A DNA stretch of 46,064 nt from Candidatus Omnitrophota bacterium (GCA_043826355.1 JBDRQI010000035.1:1-46064), one strand, 5' to 3'. Shown: positions 10,955 through 19,712, counted from the first letter of the stretch. Translations and numbers: made by a program. Notes: generated by a model not told the origin, from the letters alone.

Positions 10955-12310
10955 CTAAGATTTTTCCGGCAGTTCCCTTAAGGCGGTGTCAACCGGCCCC
11001 GCTTCCGGCAATTCTTTCCCGCCGGATACGGCGCCCAGTTCTTTCAATTTTCTCAAACCGGGCAAGAGCCGGCTCTCCCAAGACCCGAGCGCGGCATTGT
11101 AGGCGTTTGCCGCATCGTTTAGACCTTTCCGGATTCCGGCCAGATGTTCTGCAAACTTGGTGATTCTTTCAAACAACTCCTGACCGGTTTCCCAGATGCG
11201 CTGCGCGTTTTCAGAAACATCCTGCTGCTGCCAGGTATAGGCAACCGTCCTCAAAAGGGTAATCAGGGTGGTGGGTGTGGCCAGGACCACTCCGCCGGCG
11301 ATGCCGTCTTCCATCAACTGGCGGTCCTGTTCCAGGGCCGCACTGAAGAATGATTCGCCGGGCAGGAAGAGGACGACAAAATCCGGACTGGGGTTGAACT
11401 GGTTCCAGTATGATTTAGAACCCAGGTCTTTCATGTATTTACGGACTGCTTCCGCATGGCGGGAAAAGGCGGCGTCCCGCGCTTCTCCGCTTTGCGCCTC
11501 AATGGCTTCCATGTATGCTTTCAACGGCACCTTGGCGTCTACCACGACGGTCCGGCCGGCCGGCAACTTCACGATTAAATCCGGTCTCCTCCGGCCTTCC
11601 TCGGTATCCATCGAGGGCTGTTCTTCGAAATCACAGTACTGAGACATTCCGGCCATTTCCACCACCCGGCGCAGGGTAACTTCACCCCACCGGCCCCGCA
11701 CCTGCGGCGCCTTGAGCGCCGTGACCAGGGCCCCGGTCTCTTTCTGCAGCGAATTCTGCGTCTTCTGCAGGTCGTCCAGATGCCGGGTTAAAGTTCCGTG
11801 GTCTTTGTGGCGGAGATTCTCCATTTCGTGAAGCTGGGTTTCGTAGCGCTTGAGCGTTTCCCGAAGCGGTTTCACTATTCCGTCAATCGCCTCCTGGCGT
11901 TTCCCCAGGTCACCCTTGGATTCGGTAATCAAATTCTCCAGGGTTTTTTTCGCCAGGTCCAAAAACGCCTGGTTGTTGCTTTTCAACGCTTCCGCGGATA
12001 ACGCGTGAAAGGTATCGGTTAATTTAGCGGTTGCCTCGGAAAGTAATTTTTTTTGCTCCTCCAGGTTTACCTGGACTGCGGCCAGTTGGGTTTCCGCGGC
12101 AACCCGGTCCGCTTGCTCTTTTGTGAGTTCCGTCTGCAACCGGACGGACTGCGCTTCTTTTTGCTGAAGCTGGAGCCGCAGTTCGCGGCCGGCGCTTTCG
12201 GCGGACGCCGCCTGATTTTCCGATTCGGATAATTTCCGGCTGTGCATCAGCCAGACCGCAATTCCGCCTAAAACCAGGCCGCCGACAAATAACAATATTT
12301 TGTTTAACAT
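10955..12310 (-). CDS. rmuC: DNA recombination protein RmuC
   Basis: N-terminal TM helix and coiled coil; RGRWGE, RPDLIVKLP, VDAKVP, PDFVVLFLPGE, LATPTTL. Confidence 0.93.
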   Translation of the reverse strand: MLNKILLFVGGLVLGGIAVWLMHSRKLSESENQAASAESAGRELRLQLQQKEAQSVRLQTELTKEQADRVAAETQLAAVQVNLEEQKKLLSEATAKLTDTFHALSAEALKSNNQAFLDLAKKTLENLITESKGDLGKRQEAIDGIVKPLRETLKRYETQLHEMENLRHKDHGTLTRHLDDLQKTQNSLQKETGALVTALKAPQVRGRWGEVTLRRVVEMAGMSQYCDFEEQPSMDTEEGRRRPDLIVKLPAGRTVVVDAKVPLKAYMEAIEAQSGEARDAAFSRHAEAVRKYMKDLGSKSYWNQFNPSPDFVVLFLPGESFFSAALEQDRQLMEDGIAGGVVLATPTTLITLLRTVAYTWQQQDVSENAQRIWETGQELFERITKFAEHLAGIRKGLNDAANAYNAALGSWESRLLPGLRKLKELGAVSGGKELPEAGPVDTALRELPEKS

Positions 12311-12348
12311 AGGATCGGGGCACTATATTTTAACCGCTCCAAGATTTT

Positions 12349-12936
12349 TTAGAAAGAATTCAGGAAATTCCGGACTTTTTCCAGGGCGGTGCTCCGGTGG
12401 CTCAGGGCGTTTTTTTGCCGTGGAGAAAGTTCCGCAAACGTTTTTTTCAATTCCGGCAGAAAGAAAATGGGGTCGTATCCGAAACCGTTTTTCCCGGCCG
12501 GCTTCAGTGCAATAAACCCGTTCCTCCTTCCTTCAAAGAGAAACGTTTTACCTTCCGGTGTGGCTATGCAGGCCACCGACGTGAAAGAAGCCTGCCGTTT
12601 TGGCATCGGTACCTCCTTCATCAGGTTCAATACCGCGGCGATGTTGTCGGCGTCTTGTTTTCCCGGACCGGCGAACCGGGCGGAATAGACACCGGGTTTT
12701 CCGTCCAGGGCGTTGATTTCAAGGCCGGAATCCTCGGCCAGGACCGTCCGGCCCAGTTCTTTGGCATAGTATTTTGCTTTAGAAACGGCATTCCCGGCAA
12801 AGGTTTTTTCGTCCTCCGGGGGCTCCGATATTTTGGGAAAGTCAGCCAGGCACCGGATGCGCAATAACTTTCCGGAAAGTATTGTCTGAATTTCCTTGAG
12901 TTTTTTGCGATTGCCGGTTACAACCACCAGTTCCAT
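12349..12936 (-). CDS. rdgB: Non-canonical purine NTP pyrophosphatase (RdgB/HAM1)
   Basis: TGNRKK, EDSGL, PGVYSARF, GFGYDPIF, KNALSHR. Confidence 0.96.
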   Translation of the reverse strand: MELVVVTGNRKKLKEIQTILSGKLLRIRCLADFPKISEPPEDEKTFAGNAVSKAKYYAKELGRTVLAEDSGLEINALDGKPGVYSARFAGPGKQDADNIAAVLNLMKEVPMPKRQASFTSVACIATPEGKTFLFEGRRNGFIALKPAGKNGFGYDPIFFLPELKKTFAELSPRQKNALSHRSTALEKVRNFLNSF

Positions 12937-12940
12937 CTTT

Positions 12941-13885
12941 TTATTTTATTTCCAGGGAGAAATCCAGGGAAGGCGCCGAGTGGGTCAGCTGGCCGATAGA
13001 GATGATGTCGGCGCCGGACCGGGCGTACGCCTTTACGTTTTCCGGGTTGATTCCTCCGGAAACCTCAATCTTTCCCTTGTAGCCGGATTGTTTCAATTCC
13101 GGTATGATTTTGGCGACTGCATCCGGTTTGAAGTTATCCAGCATGATTATGGTTGCCCCTGCTTTTGCCGCGGCAAACGCTTCTGCCCGGTTTTCGACTT
13201 CCACTTCAATTCCCCGTATTTCTTCGCGTCGGGTAGACAAAAGAGTCCGCATGAAGGAACGCGCTTCTTTAATCAGGGAGATAATCGCTTCGGTTCGATC
13301 GGCCGCTATCCCGATTTTCACCAAGACGGAGATGTGATTATCTTTAATCAAAATTCCGTCAAACAATCCGGAGCGGTGATTTTTTCCGTCACCTGACCTG
13401 ACCGCGTATTTTTCCAGCGGCCGCATGGTAGGCGTTGTTTTGCGGGTGTTGCAGATCTGGACCTTTGTTCCGTGAACTTCGTTCACAAATTTTGCAGTCA
13501 GGGTTGCGATTCCGGAGAGCCGGCTTAAGAAGTTTAAAGCGGTGCGTTCCGCCGTAAGAATGGAACGTCCCGAACCGGACACTTCCGCCACCTTTTCTCC
13601 CGGAGATACTTCCTGCCCGTCTTCCGTGAGGCATTTAAATTCCAGCCTTTTGTCCAGCGAGGAAAAGGTCAGTTGTGCCAGCGGCAAGCCGGAGATTATT
13701 CCTTTTTCTCCGGATATAATTTCCGCCGTTACCATCGCTGATTCCGGTATCAACCGGCCGGTTACGTCACCGGAACCGATATCTTCCGCCAGGGCGGTCT
13801 TAACCTTTTTTTCCAGGTCCGGCGCGGATATTTCCAGCAGCAGCTTATCTTTTTTTCTGGTACAACTCAATCTCTTTTTCGCCAT
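12941..13885 (-). CDS. nadC: Nicotinate-nucleotide diphosphorylase (carboxylating)
   Basis: EDIGSGDVT, ERTALNFL, TRKTTP, NHRSGL, LIKDNH, IEVEV, MLDNF, EVSGGI. Confidence 0.95.
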   Translation of the reverse strand: MAKKRLSCTRKKDKLLLEISAPDLEKKVKTALAEDIGSGDVTGRLIPESAMVTAEIISGEKGIISGLPLAQLTFSSLDKRLEFKCLTEDGQEVSPGEKVAEVSGSGRSILTAERTALNFLSRLSGIATLTAKFVNEVHGTKVQICNTRKTTPTMRPLEKYAVRSGDGKNHRSGLFDGILIKDNHISVLVKIGIAADRTEAIISLIKEARSFMRTLLSTRREEIRGIEVEVENRAEAFAAAKAGATIIMLDNFKPDAVAKIIPELKQSGYKGKIEVSGGINPENVKAYARSGADIISIGQLTHSAPSLDFSLEIK

Positions 13886-15863
13886 TTAGCTCCTTTATTT
13901 TATCTCTTATCCGGCCGGCCCGCTCAAAATCCAGTTCCCGCGATGCTTTGAGCATCTCCTTTTCCAGACGTCTGATAACCGCCAGGAGGTTCCGGTCGGT
14001 AATCTCTTCTGCTAAAAGTTTATCCGAAACTTTAGGTGTTTCATTCAGTATTTCTTCGATTCCCCGGTAGATTCCTTTTTTAATTGCCGCCGGTTTAATA
14101 TCGTGCGCCCGATTATATTCCAGTTGGATTTTACGCCGACGTTCTGTTTCGGTGAGGGCAAGGCGCATCGCTTTTGTGATTTTGTCCGCATAGAGAATTA
14201 CCTTACCGTTGACGGCGCGGGCGGCCCGGCCGGCGATCTGAATCAGGGATGTTTCCGAGCGCAGAAACCCGGCTTTATCCGCTTCCAGGATAGCCACCAG
14301 ACTTACTTCCGGCAGGTCAAGTCCCTCCCGGAGCAGGTTTATGCCGACCAGTACGTCATACTTCGCTTCCCGTAACTGGCGCAGGATTTCTACCCGGCGG
14401 AAGGTATCAACTTCATAGTGGATATATTCCACTTTAATTCCAAGATTTTTCAGGTATTCGGATAATTCTTCCGCCGTATTCTTGCTGAGGGTAAGAACCA
14501 GCGTCCGCTCTTTTACCGCGGTCCTTTTTTTAATCTCTGCGAGCAGGTCGTCAATCTGATTAGTGGTCGACCTCACTTTCATTTCCGGGTCAAGGAGTCC
14601 GGTCGGCCGGATAATCTGTTCGGCAATGCAGGGTGATTTGTCACCAAGGTGTTTTGCGCCGGAAAGCTCCAGTTCGTATGCACCGGGTGTGGCCGAGGCA
14701 AAGATTACGGAACGCATGAATTTCTGGAACTCTTCCCATTTCAGGGGCCGGTTATCGAGCGCGGACGGAAGCCGGAATCCGTATTCTACCAGCGTTTCTT
14801 TTCGGGACCGGTCTCCGAAGTACATGCCGCGAATCTGCGGTACGCTGATGTGGCTTTCGTCAATAATGAGCAAAAAATCTTTCGGGAAAAAGTCAAGCAG
14901 GCAGTAAGACTGTTTCCCGGGTAGGCGGCCGTCAAAGTGGCGGGAATAGTTTTCCACGCCGTGGCAATAACCCAGTTCCCGCAGCATTTCCAAATCATAA
15001 TTTGTGCGTTGTTCCAACCGCTGAGCTTCCAGTAGTTTTCTTTTCTGCCGGAGTTCCGTCAGCCGTTCCTGTAGTTCTATTTCGATAGTTTCCAGCGCTT
15101 TTTCCATTTTAGGCCGGGTGGTGACAAACTGTTTTGCCGGATAGACGAAAATATCGTCTTCCCGACTGATTTCTTTGCCGGTCAGCGTATCAAAATAGGC
15201 CAATCCGGCGATTCGGTTCGCCTCTATTTCAATCCGCAGGCCCCTTTCTTCATAAGAAGGTATCACTTCAATCCGGTTGCCGCGGACGCGGAAACGACCA
15301 CGGGATAGGTCAAAATCATTGCGCTCATACTGAATTTCAAGCAACCGTCTTCGGATCTCCCGGCTGTCAATCTCCTGGCCCCTGGTCAGATATAGGGTCA
15401 TGGCGGCGTAGTCTTCCGGGCTGCCGGAAGGATAGATGGAGGAGACCGTAGCGATCACAATCGTGTCCCGCCGCGCGATAAGACTGCTGACCGCGTACAT
15501 CCGGAGCCGTTCAATATCCTCATTGACAGAAGAGTCCTTTTCAATATAGGTATCGGTGGTCGGGAGGTAGGCCTCCGGCTGATAATAATCATAGTAACTG
15601 ACAAAATAAGCGACCTGGTTTTTGGGAAAGAAACTGCGGAATTCGCCGTATAATTGGGCCGCCAGGGTTTTATTGTGGGATATGACCAGGGTTGGTTTCT
15701 GGATTTGCGCGATGACGCTTGCCATTGTGTAGGTTTTGCCGCTGCCGGTAACGCCCAAAAGCGTTTGGTATTTTGTCCTGGCCCGCAGATTGTCCGTCAG
15801 AATTTTGATGGCAACCGGCTGGTTGCCGGCCGGTTGAAAGCTGGAAATCAGTTTGAATTTCAC
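13845..15863 (-). CDS. uvrB: Excinuclease ABC subunit B
   Basis: GVTGSGKT, YFVSYYDYYQPEAY, DESH, GINLLREGLDLPEV, GRAAR, C-terminal UVR domain. Confidence 0.98.
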   Translation of the reverse strand: MKFKLISSFQPAGNQPVAIKILTDNLRARTKYQTLLGVTGSGKTYTMASVIAQIQKPTLVISHNKTLAAQLYGEFRSFFPKNQVAYFVSYYDYYQPEAYLPTTDTYIEKDSSVNEDIERLRMYAVSSLIARRDTIVIATVSSIYPSGSPEDYAAMTLYLTRGQEIDSREIRRRLLEIQYERNDFDLSRGRFRVRGNRIEVIPSYEERGLRIEIEANRIAGLAYFDTLTGKEISREDDIFVYPAKQFVTTRPKMEKALETIEIELQERLTELRQKRKLLEAQRLEQRTNYDLEMLRELGYCHGVENYSRHFDGRLPGKQSYCLLDFFPKDFLLIIDESHISVPQIRGMYFGDRSRKETLVEYGFRLPSALDNRPLKWEEFQKFMRSVIFASATPGAYELELSGAKHLGDKSPCIAEQIIRPTGLLDPEMKVRSTTNQIDDLLAEIKKRTAVKERTLVLTLSKNTAEELSEYLKNLGIKVEYIHYEVDTFRRVEILRQLREAKYDVLVGINLLREGLDLPEVSLVAILEADKAGFLRSETSLIQIAGRAARAVNGKVILYADKITKAMRLALTETERRRKIQLEYNRAHDIKPAAIKKGIYRGIEEILNETPKVSDKLLAEEITDRNLLAVIRRLEKEMLKASRELDFERAGRIRDKIKELNGEKEIELYQKKR

Positions 15864-15869
15864 CTTATT

Positions 15870-15898
15870 ATTATACTCTTTTGGCGTTATTATTTCAA
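15870..15898 (-). promoter_or_regulatory. Sigma70 promoter for uvrB (leaderless)
   Basis: TTGAAA-17 bp-TATAAT, then 6 nt to the GTG. Confidence 0.7.
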
Positions 15899-15913
15899 GC
15901 CCCCGGTTCGGAC

Positions 15914-15942
15914 TTGACAGACTAAATATTGTGTTTTAAAAT
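15914..15942 (+). promoter_or_regulatory. Sigma70 promoter of the nrdR-nrdD operon
   Basis: TTGACA (15914-15919)-17 bp-TAAAAT (15937-15942). Confidence 0.8.
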
Positions 15943-15966
15943 ATAACAAACCACAAGATATAGGTT
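15919..15966 (+). promoter_or_regulatory. Tandem NrdR boxes
   Basis: agaCtAaATaTtGtgt (15919-15934) and ccaCaAgATaTaGgtt (15951-15966) match the acaCwAtATaTwGtgt consensus; starts are 32 bp apart and the first overlaps the promoter. Confidence 0.88.
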
Positions 15967-16016
15967 AATATCGTTTTTTTCGATTACGATTCGCTATATT
16001 ACTGTTTAATATTTTT

Positions 16017-16478
16017 ATGCGTTGCCCATTCTGTGGTTACTTGGAAGATAAGGTTGTTGACAGCCGTCTTTCGGATGACGGAGGAAATATCCGCCGGCGT
16101 CGGGAATGTCTTTCCTGCAACCGGCGTTTTACGACCTACGAAGTGGCAGAGGAAAAGCCCCTGATGGTTGTAAAAAGGGATGGTCGTCGGGAACCATTTT
16201 CGCGTGCTAAGCTCCATGCCGGAATCGCCCGGGCATTTGAAAAAAGGCCGGTTGCCACCCAGGAGATTGAAAATCTGGTAGAACATATCAGCGGGGAATT
16301 GCGGAGTCAATACGAAAAGGAAGTGCTGTCGGCCAAGGTCGGCGAACTGGTTATGAAGAATCTGGCCCGGATGGACCCGGTGGCTTACGTACGTTTTGCT
16401 TCTGTTTACCGACAGTTTACTGATATCACTGAATTTGAGAAGGAAGTGGCGCGGTTAAAAAAAGATGGAACCGATTAA
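16017..16478 (+). CDS. nrdR: Transcriptional repressor NrdR
   Basis: MRCPFC, VVDSR, IRRRRECLSC, RFTTYE, ATP cone, VAYVRFASVYR. Confidence 0.98.
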   Translation: MRCPFCGYLEDKVVDSRLSDDGGNIRRRRECLSCNRRFTTYEVAEEKPLMVVKRDGRREPFSRAKLHAGIARAFEKRPVATQEIENLVEHISGELRSQYEKEVLSAKVGELVMKNLARMDPVAYVRFASVYRQFTDITEFEKEVARLKKDGTD

Positions 16479-18777
16479 AGAAGTGCGGAAGCGCGACGGA
16501 AAGGTTGTTCCTTTTCAGAAGGAGAAGATCGCCGAGGCGATCTTTAAGGCTGCCGCCGCGGTGGGCGGCGCGGACCGGAGCTTGGCTGACGATCTGGCCG
16601 ATGCGGTTAATATCTACCTGAACAGGGAATTCCGCGAATCTGTTCCAACCGTGGAAGAGATTCAGGATATCGTAGAAAAGGTCCTGATTAAAACCGGTCA
16701 CGCCAAAACGGCCAAGGCCTACATCATTTACCGCCAGAAAAGAACGAAGGTCAGGCAGGTCCGGGCTGGTTTCCTGCCGGAAGAGACGAAGCTGGCTGCG
16801 GCCGAAGCGGGCAAAATCCGGGAGTCCACGGACCTGGCTTTGTTTGTACGCACCAGCCAGGAAGACATCGTTTCCTGGAGCCGGGAAAAGATTGTGGAGG
16901 CGCTTTGCCGGGAAACAGGCATTGAAAAGAACATAGCGGAAATAATTGCCCTGGAGATAGAGGAAGAGATTGTTGCCTCCAAAACTCAGACCCTGACCGC
17001 ACCCCTCATCCGGGAGATGGTCAACGCCAAGCTGGTCGAGTATGGTTACGAAGAAGAACGCAGGCGTCACACGCGGCTTGGTCTGCCGCTCTATGATGTG
17101 CGTCAGGTAATAACCCTGCCGAATAAAGAAAATGCAAATATTCCCCATAATCCGGAAGCGACAAACCTCTCCCTTTCGGAAGCGATCAAAAAGGAGTTTG
17201 CCCTGCTGGAGGTCTTTTCTCCGGACGTGTCGGACAGTCACCTCTCCGGGGATATTCATCTGCACGATCTTGGTATGGTGGACAGGCCGTATTGTTCCGG
17301 ACAGTCGCTGGAGTATGTGAAGAAATACGGTCTTTCCCTGCCAAACGCGCTTAATATTGCTAAGCCGGCGAAACACCCGGAGACCCTGCTGGCCCACATG
17401 GTTAAATTCTCCGCGGCTCTTCAAGGCCACTTTGCCGGCGCCATCGGCTGGGATGCGGTTAACTATTTCTTCGCGCCTTTCCTGACCGGGATGTCGGACA
17501 GGGAGATTAAACAGCTGGCCCAGATGATGATTTACGAATACAGCCAGCAGGCGGTGGCGCGTGGCGGACAGGCGATATTCAGCGATATAAATATTTACTG
17601 GGAGGTGCCGGACCACTTTGTCAAAACACCGGCTATCGGCCCCGGCGGCCAGTACACCGGTAAGACCTATAATGACTATCAGAAAGAGGCCCAAAAGTTT
17701 GCCTGGGCTCTTTTTGAGGTTTACCTGGAAGGCGACGGTCTGGGCCGACCCTTTTTCTTTCCCAAACCGCTTTGCCACCTAACCAACAAACTTTTTATTA
17801 CGGATGGAGCCGAAGATTACCTGGCGCTTATCAGCCGGGTGGCCGCCGAAAAAGGCAACACTTATTTCGTTTTTGACCGGGGCAAGACCGCCAAAATTTC
17901 GGAGTGCTGCCGGCTTTCTTTTGTTTTGAATTCACAAGACCTTTCCGAGGCGGTTACGCCCTGGAAGATGCGCTTTTGTGCTTTGCAGAACGTAACGCTG
18001 AATTTGCCCCGGTCCGCGTATCTTGCCAATGGCAGCGAGGAACGACTGTTTACAGAACTGGACCGGATGCTTTCGCTGGCAATTAAGGCGCACCGGCAAA
18101 AACGGGTTTTCCTCAACCGGCTTCTGGCGCTGGGAGACAAAAGCCCGCTTGCTCTTCTTACGATGAAGCAGGATGGGGAGACCTATCTGAGAATGCAACG
18201 GGTAACTTATCTGGTTGGCTTGCTTGGACTCAACGAACTGGTGCAGAGCCATCTGGGCCAGGAACTGCATGAATCCGAAGCAGCGCTCCGGTTCGGTCTG
18301 AAAGTTATCGCTCACCTTAACCTTGCCTGTCAGCGCTACAGCAAAGAACTGGGCATGAAGTTTGTGCTGGAACAGACCCCGGCCGAATCAACCGCTTACC
18401 GAATGGCAAAACTGGACCTGGCGCATTTTCCGCTTCAGGCGCAGAAAGTGGTTAAGGGAACCCCGGATGCCGGCGCAGCTTATTACACCAACTCTACCTA
18501 TTATAATGTTTCCATGCCGGTTTCTCCGATTGAAAAAGTGAAGATGGAAGGACTGTTCCATCCCTTGATTGAAGCCGGCGCCCTTTCGCACGTTTGGCTT
18601 GGTGAATCTAACCCGGACCCGCTGGCGTTGGCTAGTTTCGTCAAAAAAACTTTTCTTCATACCCAGAACGCGCAGATTGCTTTTAGTCCAGAATTCACCG
18701 CCTGTCTTGATTGCGGCAAGACAATACGCGGATTAAAAGAACAGTGTCCCCACTGCAAGGAAGCTGCTGCCGCATAG
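16465..18777 (+). CDS. nrdD: Class III anaerobic ribonucleoside-triphosphate reductase, catalytic part lacking the C-terminal glycyl-radical loop
   Basis: N-terminal ATP cone (VRKRDG), HLHDL, RPYC, ARGGQ, SECCRL, EQTPAES, YYTNS; ends at the Zn ribbon CLDC...CPHC followed by KEAAAA-stop. Confidence 0.92.
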   Translation: MEPIKEVRKRDGKVVPFQKEKIAEAIFKAAAAVGGADRSLADDLADAVNIYLNREFRESVPTVEEIQDIVEKVLIKTGHAKTAKAYIIYRQKRTKVRQVRAGFLPEETKLAAAEAGKIRESTDLALFVRTSQEDIVSWSREKIVEALCRETGIEKNIAEIIALEIEEEIVASKTQTLTAPLIREMVNAKLVEYGYEEERRRHTRLGLPLYDVRQVITLPNKENANIPHNPEATNLSLSEAIKKEFALLEVFSPDVSDSHLSGDIHLHDLGMVDRPYCSGQSLEYVKKYGLSLPNALNIAKPAKHPETLLAHMVKFSAALQGHFAGAIGWDAVNYFFAPFLTGMSDREIKQLAQMMIYEYSQQAVARGGQAIFSDINIYWEVPDHFVKTPAIGPGGQYTGKTYNDYQKEAQKFAWALFEVYLEGDGLGRPFFFPKPLCHLTNKLFITDGAEDYLALISRVAAEKGNTYFVFDRGKTAKISECCRLSFVLNSQDLSEAVTPWKMRFCALQNVTLNLPRSAYLANGSEERLFTELDRMLSLAIKAHRQKRVFLNRLLALGDKSPLALLTMKQDGETYLRMQRVTYLVGLLGLNELVQSHLGQELHESEAALRFGLKVIAHLNLACQRYSKELGMKFVLEQTPAESTAYRMAKLDLAHFPLQAQKVVKGTPDAGAAYYTNSTYYNVSMPVSPIEKVKMEGLFHPLIEAGALSHVWLGESNPDPLALASFVKKTFLHTQNAQIAFSPEFTACLDCGKTIRGLKEQCPHCKEAAAA

Positions 18778-18806
18778 CATACAAATAACGATTTTAAAAG
18801 GAGGCC

Positions 18807-19109
18807 GTGATGCAGAAACAAAAGTTTGTAGCGTATCTTTCTCAAAACCCGGAAGAGTTCGCTTTCCGGGAACAGGAACAGGCAGGCGTGCCGGGACTGA
18901 TGGTGGAAAACAAGTCTTTCCAGACCAAAACATTCTTACCTCAAGAGGTTATTTCCGCCCAGGACCTGGCCCACCTTCTGGCCAAAACCCACCAGGGCAG
19001 AAACGTGGAGCATATCACCCGGGTCACCGGCTACTTTTCCAAAGTGAGCGGTTGGAACAAGGGCAAGGTTGCGGAACTGGCTGACCGCCACCGCACCCCT
19101 GTTTCCTGA
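18807..19109 (+). CDS. Small stand-alone NrdD glycyl-radical-domain protein
   Basis: Own AGGAGG RBS (18799-18804), GTG/ATG start; C-terminal VEHITRVTGYFSKVSGWNKGKVAELADR is the canonical NrdD C-terminus (Gly codon 19029-19031). Confidence 0.88.
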   Translation: MMQKQKFVAYLSQNPEEFAFREQEQAGVPGLMVENKSFQTKTFLPQEVISAQDLAHLLAKTHQGRNVEHITRVTGYFSKVSGWNKGKVAELADRHRTPVS

Positions 19110-19113
19110 GCAG

Positions 19114-19153
19114 TTCCTTTAATTTCTCTCCCCTGGGGGAGAGATGAAAGGGA
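19114..19153. repeat. Intergenic palindrome (TCTCTCCC...GGGAGAGA hairpin)
   Basis: Perfect 8-bp stem at 19125-19144, extended by ttccttt/aaaggga, next to the following gene's RBS. Confidence 0.6.
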
Positions 19154-19159
19154 GGGGGA

Positions 19160-19525
19160 ATGGTTTCCATCGAAGATTTCAAAAAGTTAAAGATTAAGGT
19201 GGCGAAAGTGCTGGAGGTTAATTCCCATCCCGGCGCAGACCGCCTCTACGTTTTAAAGATTTTTCTGGGTAATATTGAGTGCAAGGACGAGACCACCGGC
19301 GAAATCGTCTGCACGCCCCAAACCAGGGAGATAGTTGCCGGTATCCGGCCGTATTACACTCCCGAAGAACTGGTCGGCAAGCAGGTTATCGTGCTTGTCA
19401 ATCTGGAACCGGCAACCATCAGGGGCGTGCAGAGCAACGGGATGCTTCTGGCCGTCAAAGACGGCGACAAACTCGCCATCCTGACCGTTGACCGCCCCAT
19501 CAAAGAAGGCAACCTCATAAGTTAA
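19160..19525 (+). CDS. tRNA-binding OB-fold protein (CsaA/Trbp111/MetRS C-terminal type)
   Basis: SIEDFKKL, HPGADRL, IVAGI, NLEPATIRGVQSNGMLLA. Confidence 0.9.
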   Translation: MVSIEDFKKLKIKVAKVLEVNSHPGADRLYVLKIFLGNIECKDETTGEIVCTPQTREIVAGIRPYYTPEELVGKQVIVLVNLEPATIRGVQSNGMLLAVKDGDKLAILTVDRPIKEGNLIS

Positions 19526-19658
19526 AATGCGGTCATTGCACGGGTTCCCTTTCTGTGGGATTTGAACGGGGCGTAGTTTGTGCGGTAATCCTATATGAGG
19601 ATTTATACTCAAAGGATTAACGGTGTTATAATTTGAAGGAATCCTGATTTATCAAATC

Positions 19659-19712
19659 CGCGGGTCGGATGTCAAGGATCCGCCTCAGGCGGGAATTCGA
19701 CCCCTACGCAAA
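19659..19712 (-). repeat. GTAG-type REP-like palindromic element, copy 1
   Basis: Near-identical inverted copy of 30393-30446; GGGTCG...CGACCC stem with a nested CCGCCTCAGGCGG palindrome. Confidence 0.8.

Noticed and set aside
16426..17778. 450-aa antisense ORF
   Set aside because: Shadow frame opposite nrdD; no recognisable motifs.
18775..18812. Pyrrolysine/selenocysteine read-through or frameshift fusing nrdD with the small ORF
   Set aside because: The TAG is followed in frame by TGA at 18808; the small ORF is in another frame with its own strong RBS and a non-NrdD N-terminus; the TTTTAAAA run lies after the stop.
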